A DNA stretch of 27,186 nt, from NCBI GenBank assembly GCA_037439545.1, contig JBBIVV010000030.1, forward strand, positions 1 to 27,186. The letters are read 5' to 3'. Below the pieces are notes generated by a model. The model ran no database searches, was not told the DNA's origin, and worked only from the letters and a program-made list of their open reading frames with translations. The position numbers and the translations under genes are program-made. This DNA comes from a bacterium (GTDB taxonomy: Bacteria; JAMCPX01). This document shows, in pieces, positions 19,010 to 27,143 of this stretch. Position 1 is the stretch's first letter. The number at the start of each line of letters is the position of its first letter.

Positions 19010-19979
19010 ATTTCAATATCCTGTCAAAAAATTCCTTATTTTGTTTGATTTCATTGAGTAATCTGTAGAGGCTGAAAGAAGGGTCCTTTAGTTTTGGCAG
19101 ATAATGTCCCAAAGAAAGTTGTTCAATTTGATTCTCGATATGAGCACTGATCTGTTCTACTGCAATTTGTTGTAATTCATGGAGCCTTTTTTGGATGAAT
19201 AAATCGGTATTCGTATGGCTCTGGATGAATTCCCTGTAGTTCAATAAAGTCTGAAACAATTCTCCGGTCCCTGAACCGTCAAGGCCATTGGTAAGCAGGA
19301 CAGGTATTTCCCATGCATTGTGCCGGGCCTGAGATGTTTCTATAATAAAATTCAAGGCATTCACTATCTGCTTCGAGCCTTCGCGATCAGCTTTATTTAC
19401 GACAAATATATTCGCGATCTCCATAAGTCCTGCCTTCATTGTCTGGATGACATCTCCCGATTCCGGCACAAGAACAACGACGACGGCATCTGCGATGTTC
19501 ATGACATCGAGTTCTGTCTGTCCGACACCGACCGTTTCCAGGATTATGAATTTATAACCTGCCGCCTGCATCAGGTAGGAGGCGTCCCTTGCAATCCTCG
19601 ATATCCCACCCTTTGCACCTCTTGAACCAAGACTCCGTATAAATACGTGTTGATCGAGGAAGTGGTGCTGCATCCTTATTCTATCACCGAGTATCGCTCC
19701 GCCGGTAAAGGGACTTGATGGATCTGTTGCAAGCACTCCAACCATCTCCTTTGTATTCCTTATGTGCTTTATCAGCCAGTCAATAAGCGAGCTTTTTCCT
19801 GCGCCCGGAGGCCCGGTAAATCCTATTCTGTATGAACTGCCGGTGCTGCCGATAAGAGCGTCAAGAGACGCTATGTCGATTTCCCCTTCCTCGAGCAGTG
19901 TTATTGCGCGTGCAAGTGCAGCTACGTCCCCTTGCTTCAATTTGTTTATCAAAGCCTGAAATTTATCGTCTATCGCCAT
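19008..19979 (-). CDS. meaB: Methylmalonyl-CoA mutase-associated GTPase MeaB/ArgK
   Basis: ALARAITLLE, GFTGPPGAGKSS, DPSSPFTGGAILGDRIRM, ETVGVGQ, QTMKAGLMEIA and VNKAD. Confidence 0.93.
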   Translation of the reverse strand: MAIDDKFQALINKLKQGDVAALARAITLLEEGEIDIASLDALIGSTGSSYRIGFTGPPGAGKSSLIDWLIKHIRNTKEMVGVLATDPSSPFTGGAILGDRIRMQHHFLDQHVFIRSLGSRGAKGGISRIARDASYLMQAAGYKFIILETVGVGQTELDVMNIADAVVVVLVPESGDVIQTMKAGLMEIANIFVVNKADREGSKQIVNALNFIIETSQARHNAWEIPVLLTNGLDGSGTGELFQTLLNYREFIQSHTNTDLFIQKRLHELQQIAVEQISAHIENQIEQLSLGHYLPKLKDPSFSLYRLLNEIKQNKEFFDRILK

Positions 19980-20746
19980 AGTACCGTTACTTTATCTCCG
20001 GCATTTATACCGAGCACCTTATGTACACTGTGTGAGTTTATCGCAATCTCAAGAGAGTTAAAGCTGTTGATCAGGGCGCAAGGTTGTTTTTTATCACACT
20101 GCTCATAGGTGTCCACCATACTTTTTATTTTATATCCTTTTACCACAATACTCCCTATTTCACCAGTGTGGACAATACCGGCCGGAATATTGGTGATGAG
20201 ATTGCCGAAATGATCGACATATATAATTTCGCCGGTGACACTTTTTTCATGGATAACGGGTTTTCCGGTACCCAATATCACCGGATATTTTATTTTCTCC
20301 CGGAGCAGGCTTTTGTCCCATTTTATGGATAACCTTGCAGCCACGGGTGCAAATATGTCCCTGCCATGAAAGGTCTGAGATAGCCGATGCTGCAGGGCGT
20401 GTTTGGTGTCGATTGAATAACAATCCGCTGCCGGATGATCCAGCAGAATAGAGCTGAAAACGCCGTTGTCCGGACCGACAAACACATAATCTTTTATTTT
20501 TACAATCATAGCATTCCGTTGGCTGCCGACGCCCGGATCGACGACCGCAACATGTATCGTGGATTTTGGGAAGTAGTTATAATAGCCATTAAGCACGAAT
20601 GCAGCGCATGCAATATTGTGAGCAGGGATTTCATGGCTTGCATCTACAATAACGGCAGAGGGATTTATGCCGAGGATTATGCCTTTCATACTCGCCACAT
20701 AGCTGTCTCTGACACCGAAATCTGTGCAAAGAGTTATGATAGACAT
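19970..20746 (-). CDS. SAM hydroxide adenosyltransferase (DUF62 / chlorinase-fluorinase family)
   Basis: ITLCTDFG, VVDPGVGSQR, GPDNG, TFHGRDIFAP and YVDHFGNLITNI. Confidence 0.93.
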   Translation of the reverse strand: MSIITLCTDFGVRDSYVASMKGIILGINPSAVIVDASHEIPAHNIACAAFVLNGYYNYFPKSTIHVAVVDPGVGSQRNAMIVKIKDYVFVGPDNGVFSSILLDHPAADCYSIDTKHALQHRLSQTFHGRDIFAPVAARLSIKWDKSLLREKIKYPVILGTGKPVIHEKSVTGEIIYVDHFGNLITNIPAGIVHTGEIGSIVVKGYKIKSMVDTYEQCDKKQPCALINSFNSLEIAINSHSVHKVLGINAGDKVTVLWR

Positions 20747-20761
20747 GGCAGGCCGTTGATG

Positions 20762-21385
20762 TTATCCCTCATTCGCTATATGTTTCAGATGCCTTCTCAG
20801 ATAGATGATAAAAAGTATCACGCAGGTCATAAGTATGACGTAATCGAATCTGTGAAAGTAAGGTCCTATCACATCCCATTTTTCTCCAAGCTTGAACCCT
20901 ATCCAGGTAATCAGGAGGCTCCAGATAAATGAACCGATAAATGTGTAAACGGTAAACTTCATAAAGTTCATCTTTGCTATTCCTGCCGGAAAAGATATGA
21001 ATGTCCGGATGACAGGCAGCAAACGGCCTGTGAAAACAATCAGGTTCCCGTATCGGTTAAACAGCCTGTCGGCAGTATCAAGGTCATGCCTGCTGATGAG
21101 AATGTATTTGCCGTATTTCTCGATAATGGGCCTGCCGCCGTACATGCCTGCCGCATAAGCGGCCATAGACCCGATTACACATCCAACGGCACCGGCAATT
21201 GAAACATACAGCAGTTGAAGCTTTTTCATAAAAACAAGATACCCTGCGAAAGGGAGTATCATCTCTGAAGGCAGCGGGATGCATGCACTCTCGATTGCCA
21301 TAAGCATGACAACTCCGCTATAACCGAAGAGGTTTATGGTTGAGAGTATGAATCCGGCTATGCCTGCGAATAATTTTGAAACCAT
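20762..21385 (-). CDS. DedA family membrane protein
   Basis: MAIESACIPLPSE, GRLLPVIRTFISFPAG and FTVYTFIGSFIW. The ATG at 21385 is preferred over 21409. Confidence 0.93.
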   Translation of the reverse strand: MVSKLFAGIAGFILSTINLFGYSGVVMLMAIESACIPLPSEMILPFAGYLVFMKKLQLLYVSIAGAVGCVIGSMAAYAAGMYGGRPIIEKYGKYILISRHDLDTADRLFNRYGNLIVFTGRLLPVIRTFISFPAGIAKMNFMKFTVYTFIGSFIWSLLITWIGFKLGEKWDVIGPYFHRFDYVILMTCVILFIIYLRRHLKHIANEG

Positions 21386-21396
21386 AGTTCCCCGGA

Positions 21397-22800
21397 TTAT
21401 TTGGCACACTGGCCCGAGGGTTTTCCGGTGGAAGGCAAGGACTGTTTACCGATGATTGGTGAAAGCTCGAATATGCCCACGGATTGAGCGGGATTGACGG
21501 CATCGATGAGCTCCGTATTGTTTATGAGCAGTGCGAATGCAGCCTGTCCCGTGCCAAGTCCTGAAGCAAAGGTATTGTTGTGTTCTATTTCCGTTCCTGC
21601 AGCTTCCTCACCGGCCGGGGTTGCGTGGTATGTTTTGTTAAACTCCGTTAAAGAATGAGCGGTGTAAAGCTTTGTCAGCATGGAGATCATATCGTGCAAG
21701 GACCGCCGTTCTGAATTCCCTATTATTGCAGCAGCTTTGAGGACTCCATTATCCACATGACCGCCGGCTGGATTTGCTATCACATTTATTCTGGGATGAT
21801 ACTGTGATTTTTTGTAATCGTTCAAAAGTCTTAAAATAGATATGGCGGCATTGACTGCTTCTTTGTCGGTGATATTCACCAACAGGATCATTTCATTGTT
21901 CTTTGCCGGTCTGTCGATAAAATGCCTATAACCCAGGTCATTCATGTAATCGATATAATCTGAGCCCTGGTCCTTCAATCGCGGCTTTATTGCATTGAAA
22001 TTTACGGTCATAGTGACATTATCGCTAAAGAGCAAAGCAGGTATTTCCTTAATCTTATATTTCTCGGCAATATCCTTACCAGATTTGGTATTTATATCCG
22101 TCACATTTATGTTTGTTTTGTAAAAAAAGCCGGTTAAGTTTTCTTTGATCAGTTCCGGATGATATACGTTTTTCCATCCGCCTGTGAGAACGGTTACCGT
22201 TACGTCGACAGGGGACTGCAATGTCTTGCAGTATGTCAGTGACGGCATATCGGAACATATACCTCTTACTATATGCTCCGGCTGAAACTCGCTGTTGTAT
22301 CTGTGGTCATTTATGTAGAGAGTCGGGCTTGCATTTATACCGAGCTTTTCCGTCAGCGTGTAGTCGTTATCGAGGATCTTTTCTGATCTTCCTGATTTAA
22401 CGAATTCGTCTATCTCTGTTTTATTTATGTTACCGGTGGTGAGGCATTTATCCCTGTTCATGGTACCGTTATAACAAAGAAGGTAGTTATAAAACTTGTT
22501 TCCGTAAAGCTCCTGCAGGGCAATCTGGTGCAGGTCTTCGTCAAGTTCACCGGGGCCATGTAGACTTGCAAATGAGTTTCCCGCCTGTTTGCTTACAATG
22601 TAGCGGACATGGAGCGTTACTTCATTATTGAAGTCGTTTAAAAAGCTCAGTATCAACTCCTCGGCCCTTATTCCATAAGGACAGTGGCTCATGACATAGA
22701 GATTGAGCACAGGCTTTCCCCCCTGATGTTTTACGCAGGACAGTGCTGTAAAACATAGTGCTATGCAGCCAAGTATAAGACTCTTCAGTGTTTTAGACAT
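21397..22800 (-). CDS. Lipoprotein with a thioredoxin-like (GILT/DsbA-like) N-terminal domain
   Basis: Lipobox LS-C, LYVMSHCPYG, SLHGPGE and cis-Pro-like GINASPTLYIN. A second Trx-like signature, KYKIKEIPALLF, follows. Confidence 0.7.
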   Translation of the reverse strand: MSKTLKSLILGCIALCFTALSCVKHQGGKPVLNLYVMSHCPYGIRAEELILSFLNDFNNEVTLHVRYIVSKQAGNSFASLHGPGELDEDLHQIALQELYGNKFYNYLLCYNGTMNRDKCLTTGNINKTEIDEFVKSGRSEKILDNDYTLTEKLGINASPTLYINDHRYNSEFQPEHIVRGICSDMPSLTYCKTLQSPVDVTVTVLTGGWKNVYHPELIKENLTGFFYKTNINVTDINTKSGKDIAEKYKIKEIPALLFSDNVTMTVNFNAIKPRLKDQGSDYIDYMNDLGYRHFIDRPAKNNEMILLVNITDKEAVNAAISILRLLNDYKKSQYHPRINVIANPAGGHVDNGVLKAAAIIGNSERRSLHDMISMLTKLYTAHSLTEFNKTYHATPAGEEAAGTEIEHNNTFASGLGTGQAAFALLINNTELIDAVNPAQSVGIFELSPIIGKQSLPSTGKPSGQCAK

Positions 22801-22802
22801 CG

Positions 22803-23060
22803 TTAACTCCCCATCACATCTATTTTCTTTTCTCTTTTGTATATGGCGACCTCATAATTCAATACATCGACCACATAGTGGTAGTCATCCATATAAAGCT
22901 CATACATCTGCGGTCCGTCCAATGCATACTGGTCCTCGTCTTCAAAAGCATTCTCGTCGATCAGATGGTCAAGCAGTTTTCGTATTTCTGAAAAGCCGAT
23001 CTCTTGATCCGTGATTATATTAAATATCAGATTTTTGTGCACTATCGGATGTATGTCCAT
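22803..23060 (-). CDS. Small acidic hypothetical protein (85 aa)
   Basis: ORF ends 2 nt before the next gene's ATG. The ATG at 23060 follows a candidate promoter; the ORF track start at 23117 is a TTG. Confidence 0.65.
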   Translation of the reverse strand: MDIHPIVHKNLIFNIITDQEIGFSEIRKLLDHLIDENAFEDEDQYALDGPQMYELYMDDYHYVVDVLNYEVAIYKREKKIDVMGS

Positions 23061-23069
23061 ATAGTCAGT

Positions 23070-23098
23070 GTTGTAAAAGAGCAAATGAAAGCTGTCAA
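23070..23098 (-). promoter_or_regulatory. Candidate promoter for the minus-strand five-gene operon
   Basis: Minus strand TTGACA-N17-TACAAC, 9 nt before the ATG at 23060. Confidence 0.5.
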
Positions 23099-23111
23099 GG
23101 TAAAATGAGAC

Positions 23112-23140
23112 TTGCAAAAATAATTTTTATAGTATAAGAA
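23112..23140 (+). promoter_or_regulatory. Candidate promoter for tRNA-Glu
   Basis: TTGCAA-N17-TAAGAA, divergent from the promoter at 23098. Confidence 0.35.
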
Positions 23141-23171
23141 TACATTCTGAGTTTTATTATGATGTCGTTGC

Positions 23172-23244
23172 GGTCCTATCGTCTAGAGGCCCAGGACGTT
23201 GCCCTCTCAAGGCAAAAACGAGAGTTCAAATCTCTCTAGGACCA
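23172..23244 (+). tRNA. tRNA-Glu(CTC)
   Basis: Acceptor GGTCCTA/TAGGACC plus A73, anticodon arm TTGCC-CT-CTC-AA-GGCAA, T arm GAGAG-TTCAAAT-CTCTC. CCA is not encoded. Confidence 0.95.
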
Positions 23245-23250
23245 TTTTTA

Positions 23251-23300
23251 CCCCGTGAGAAATCCTATGGCATCAAGCCGATTATAGGATTTCTCACGGG
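23251..23300. repeat. Second, shorter member of the CCCCGTGAGAAA palindromic element family; may also act as a terminator
   Basis: Perfect 17-bp inverted repeat CCCGTGAGAAATCCTAT (23252-23268) / ATAGGATTTCTCACGGG (23284-23300). The 16 nt TTTACCCCGTGAGAAA are identical to 3830-3845. Flanks are TTTA and TCTA. Confidence 0.7.
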
Positions 23301-23301
23301 T

Positions 23302-24453
23302 CTACTGCAACAGGTCCTCCCACGCCGCGGTGTCTGTTACCATATCACCGGTCCATTGATCCAGGGTCGTTCCGCTAATCGTCAGATTGTAGTAAGAAGA
23401 CAATTCGACTGCAGTATGCATACTTCCGTTCACGAAAAACCGCTTGAAGCTGTTCGGATGGTTGTCGTGGATCCCTGTTGTTATACTGAGCAGCAAATTT
23501 TTAAAGTCCGCGGGTTGCATGCCGAGGAATATACCGCCGATAATGGCATCGGTGTAGTAAGAGAAGAAACCGAAATTGACATTCGGGTCATGGTCGAGCG
23601 CCCAGTCCGCAAGATAGGACATCTGCTGGTTACATTTCGGGCAATCGGATGGTATGATGTTTTTTATATTCCATGCCGTAAGAATACGCTGAAATAATGC
23701 TGCTTGTGCCGGATTGAACAAACCCACTCCCGAATCATTTAAAACATGGAGTGCAGTAAAAGGATACTGTGTTCGGGTCACGAAGTAACCCATGAATGTT
23801 CCATAGCCTCCGGCGCTGCTTCCGGATACGACGAGCTTGTCCGGGTTTATGAAGTTCTGTTTCATAAGGGTAATGGCGGCAGACAGGTTGGCAAGACCGT
23901 GAAAATAGGTCGTTGCTGTTGCACCCGTCGTTGTATCGGTAAACGTTACATCATTGTCGCCCGACCATACGCTGCCGTCGCAGTATGAAGCATAAATGAT
24001 GCTATAATCGGAGAAGGGGTTTGCCGCGTTGGTCGTATCGAGGATTCCCCCGACCTGTGCAGGGTTTGCGGTCGTTTTTGCCATCAGTGCATTTTCGCAG
24101 GTGTTATAGTCCCAGCATGCGCCTCCGCCTTCAAGGTACAGCATGACTTTCTGGGGGTCGCCCCTGTGCAGGGAGACGAGGTACTGGTTGCCTGAAAGGC
24201 ACCGTGCGGGCGAAGCAGGATCGTAATAATAAACTTCCCATGTGCTGCCGTCTATCGTTTGGGTAGTTTCTCCGGTCGGTTCAAGTCCTATGTATTTGTC
24301 GATGCCCATTGAGTTCAAGGTGTCTAAGTAGTTTGCATAGACGGTGGTTGTTTTGTTACTGGAACCGCAACTGGAAATCACCGTGACGAACAGAGCAGAC
24401 AACAGGATTCCAAACACGCCTCTCATAGTAAAAACATGCTCATATCTTTTCAT
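23302..24453 (-). CDS. Pectinacetylesterase/Notum-family alpha/beta hydrolase lipoprotein
   Basis: YLEGGGACW, YCDGS, nucleophile elbow GSSAGGYG, LNDSG and a C-terminal His (MHT). Lipobox ISS-C. The ATG at 24453 with a GGGGG RBS is preferred over 24531. Confidence 0.85.
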   Translation of the reverse strand: MKRYEHVFTMRGVFGILLSALFVTVISSCGSSNKTTTVYANYLDTLNSMGIDKYIGLEPTGETTQTIDGSTWEVYYYDPASPARCLSGNQYLVSLHRGDPQKVMLYLEGGGACWDYNTCENALMAKTTANPAQVGGILDTTNAANPFSDYSIIYASYCDGSVWSGDNDVTFTDTTTGATATTYFHGLANLSAAITLMKQNFINPDKLVVSGSSAGGYGTFMGYFVTRTQYPFTALHVLNDSGVGLFNPAQAALFQRILTAWNIKNIIPSDCPKCNQQMSYLADWALDHDPNVNFGFFSYYTDAIIGGIFLGMQPADFKNLLLSITTGIHDNHPNSFKRFFVNGSMHTAVELSSYYNLTISGTTLDQWTGDMVTDTAAWEDLLQ

Positions 24454-24882
24454 AGTTACCCCCGTTTCGGTTTCATTATCACGGTTCATAAAGTAAGTAT
24501 ATAAAAATAAAGAACCGCATAGCCTGTTCATTTTTGAAGTTATTTCACTGTATAGAAAGGAGATGCAGTCACGGTCAGCGAGTATGCAGAACCCGCAGAC
24601 AGAGGCGTGAAGGTTATGCCTGAAATATCATAAAAGGTGAGTGGTGACACATGCATAGACGCTGTCTATTCCCAGCTCGACTGCTTCAAGATAGGCGCGT
24701 ACAGTAGCATATTCGTGAAAGATTGCAATTCTATATTTGTAAAGATCTCGAAACTATACATGCTCCGGTTTCCTGCCGGAGATTTGACTTGAGTGTAAAC
24801 TGAAAATGATATAGTGTTATCCAGAACTCATAGCTACTGAAAACAAAACACGCAAAGTTTATGAAATGATTGCGGAGGGTAT

Positions 24883-26139
24883 ATGAATTATATTCACACG
24901 GCATCAAAAAAAGAATTAATAGATTCCTTTTATTCCCATGTTTCAAAAGGCAAAGTGGATACCTTTGTTTCCAACGATATGAATTTCATTTTCGGCAAGC
25001 GTGAAGGCATATATGTATGGGACATAGACGGTGAGAAAAGGCTGATAAACTGTCACAGCAACGGCGGAGTTTTCAATCTCGGGCACAGGAATCCTGAAAT
25101 TATAAAGACCCTGAAACAGGCACTTGACGAGATCGACATCGGTAATCATCATCTCATAAGCGAGCAGCGGGCATTGCTCGCCAAACGCCTGTCTGAGCTC
25201 ATGCCCGGGGATATAACGTATACGGTCTTCGGTGTAGGCGGCGGAGAGGCCATCGATCTCGCCATAAAGATCGCAAGGTCATTTTCAAAAAAATACGGGA
25301 TTATTTCTGCTTCAGGCGGTTATCACGGGCACACGGGATTTGCCCTTGCAGCAGGGGATGAAAAATATCGTAAACCCTTCGGTCCCATGTCACCAGGTTT
25401 TATTCAGACGACGTTTGACGATATTGCCGGGCTCGAGAAAACGATTAACAATGAAACTGCTGCTGTTCTGTTTGAAACAATCCCTGCAACACTCGGCATC
25501 TACGTACCAAAACCGGATTACTTTAAGCAAGTCAGGGAATTATGCGATAAAAAAGGCATACTTCTTATCATGGATGAGGTGCAGACGGGGCTTGGAAGGA
25601 CAGGAAGGTTGTGGGGAGTCGAGCATTATGGAATTGTGCCTGATATCATGGTAATCGGGAAGGGGCTGAGCGGCGGCATCTATCCGATTACGGCGACCTG
25701 TTTCAGAGGACCTCTTGAATCTGTATTTAAGGACGATCCATTCATCCATGTTTCGACTTTCGGGGGTGCAGAACTTGGATGCGCAGTTGCAATGAAGGTG
25801 CTGGATGAATCATCGAGACCGTCGTTTTTAAGCCATGTTAATGATATGGCGTCTTTGTTTAAAGCGGGCTTCGAGAGGTTAAAGTCAAAGTATCCAAAGT
25901 TTATCGTGTCGATAAGGCAGCTCGGGCTTATGATGGGTGTAAAAATGGCAAATGAGCTGTGCGGCCCTGTTATGACAAAGGCATGTTACGATAACGGCAT
26001 ATTGAGCATATATGCAAACAACGACACTTCGGTAAGCCAGATACTCCCGCCGCTTATCATTCAGGAACATGAAGTCAGGGAAGTTCTTGAGAGGCTTGAC
26101 AAGGCATTTGAGCAGGCAAACAACCTGCTTGAATTATAA
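24883..26139 (+). CDS. Class III PLP-dependent aminotransferase-family enzyme
   Basis: FNLGHRNP, GGEAIDLAIK, GYHGHT, DEVQTGLGRTG, GKGLSGG (PLP Lys) and STFGG. RBS GGAGG. Confidence 0.93.
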   Translation: MNYIHTASKKELIDSFYSHVSKGKVDTFVSNDMNFIFGKREGIYVWDIDGEKRLINCHSNGGVFNLGHRNPEIIKTLKQALDEIDIGNHHLISEQRALLAKRLSELMPGDITYTVFGVGGGEAIDLAIKIARSFSKKYGIISASGGYHGHTGFALAAGDEKYRKPFGPMSPGFIQTTFDDIAGLEKTINNETAAVLFETIPATLGIYVPKPDYFKQVRELCDKKGILLIMDEVQTGLGRTGRLWGVEHYGIVPDIMVIGKGLSGGIYPITATCFRGPLESVFKDDPFIHVSTFGGAELGCAVAMKVLDESSRPSFLSHVNDMASLFKAGFERLKSKYPKFIVSIRQLGLMMGVKMANELCGPVMTKACYDNGILSIYANNDTSVSQILPPLIIQEHEVREVLERLDKAFEQANNLLEL

Positions 26140-26154
26140 TCAAAGGTATCTGCC

Positions 26155-27123
26155 ATGACCATTGATATAGATGCCGGGCTCTTGATGAAATTCGAAAAAG
26201 GATTAAATACCATGCATCCCGATAAGAGCCTTATCCCTGTAAAGATCCTTGGTTATGGTGAGATAAGCATAGTGTTCCAGCTCGATGTTTCCGGGCAGGA
26301 AGACATTGCATACAAACGAATGCCGATATTTGACAGAGAAGAGCAGGTCCAGCATTATCTTGATATATACAATGAATATAGCTCTTTACTCTTGGGCATG
26401 GGTGTTGCGCTGCCGGAGTATGATTCAGCAAGTATTAAGACGGACAAGGGCAACATCGTATTATTCGGTGCCCAAAGGAAACTTCCATCCGCATCCATCG
26501 GTAATCAGGTTATACATCGTGTTGCAGACTCAGACATAATAAGGTTTGTCATGGCTGTATTTATGCAGTTAAAGAAGATATGGGATTTTAATAAAAGCAG
26601 CAGTGCCGTAAAATTGGGCATTGACGGTCAGATCTCGAATTGGGCTATTAAAGGTTTTGATTCGGAAACGAACAAGCTTCCGGACAACCTTGAACTTATT
26701 TATATCGATACCAGTACCCCTTTATTCCGGAAAGATCAGGTAGAGATGCTTGATGCCGAACTTTTTCTTAAGAGTACGCCGTCCTTTCTCAGATGGCTGG
26801 TCAGGTGGACATTTCTTCAGGGTGTCATAGATCGCTATTATGACTTCAGACTGGTCATAATAGATCTCATCGCGAACTTTAATAAAGAGGGAAGGGCGGA
26901 TGTCATTCCAGGGCTTATTAGTACGGCGAATACATTCTTCACCAACAGTGCAAGCTCATTCAATATAAAACCGGTGACGTATAAGGAGGTTGAATCATAT
27001 TACAAACAGGATGCGTTTATATGGAGACTTTTCCTTGCACTGAGAAAGCTGGACAGGTTTCTGACAACGAGGATTCTGATGGGTACCTATGAATTTATCC
27101 TTCCAAAAAAAATCAACCGGTGA
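26155..27123 (+). CDS. Uncharacterised protein with protein-kinase-like motifs (recalled as resembling DUF6206; unverified)
   Basis: ILGYGEISIV, AYKR, GIDGQISNW and YIDTS in kinase order. Starts 15 nt after the aminotransferase stop. Confidence 0.6.
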   Translation: MTIDIDAGLLMKFEKGLNTMHPDKSLIPVKILGYGEISIVFQLDVSGQEDIAYKRMPIFDREEQVQHYLDIYNEYSSLLLGMGVALPEYDSASIKTDKGNIVLFGAQRKLPSASIGNQVIHRVADSDIIRFVMAVFMQLKKIWDFNKSSSAVKLGIDGQISNWAIKGFDSETNKLPDNLELIYIDTSTPLFRKDQVEMLDAELFLKSTPSFLRWLVRWTFLQGVIDRYYDFRLVIIDLIANFNKEGRADVIPGLISTANTFFTNSASSFNIKPVTYKEVESYYKQDAFIWRLFLALRKLDRFLTTRILMGTYEFILPKKINR

Positions 27124-27143
27124 ACTGTTTGACTATAATCGAT

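Noticed and set aside
18628..19068. 146-aa + strand ORF overlapping the small lipoprotein
   Set aside because: It has a TTG start without an RBS, runs through a terminator and into meaB. The 63-aa frame has the RBS and lipobox.
19970..20746. Possible fluorinase or chlorinase
   Set aside because: It retains the Asp/Arg/His set (VVDPG, SQR, TFHGRD) typical of hydroxide-using DUF62 enzymes, and no halometabolite cluster is nearby.
18495..23244. Region between tRNA genes as a genomic island or prophage
   Set aside because: No integrase, no duplicated tRNA 3' fragment was seen, and the genes are housekeeping-like.
24563..24610. Short ORF MQSRSASMQNPQTEA after AAGGAG
   Set aside because: The SD-like sequence abuts the ATG with no spacer, and the 15-codon ORF has no supporting features.
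27134..27139. TATAAT before tRNA-Arg(TCG) as its -10 box
   Set aside because: It lies only 4 nt from the mature tRNA 5' end, so the TSS would fall inside the tRNA, and there is no matching -35 box.
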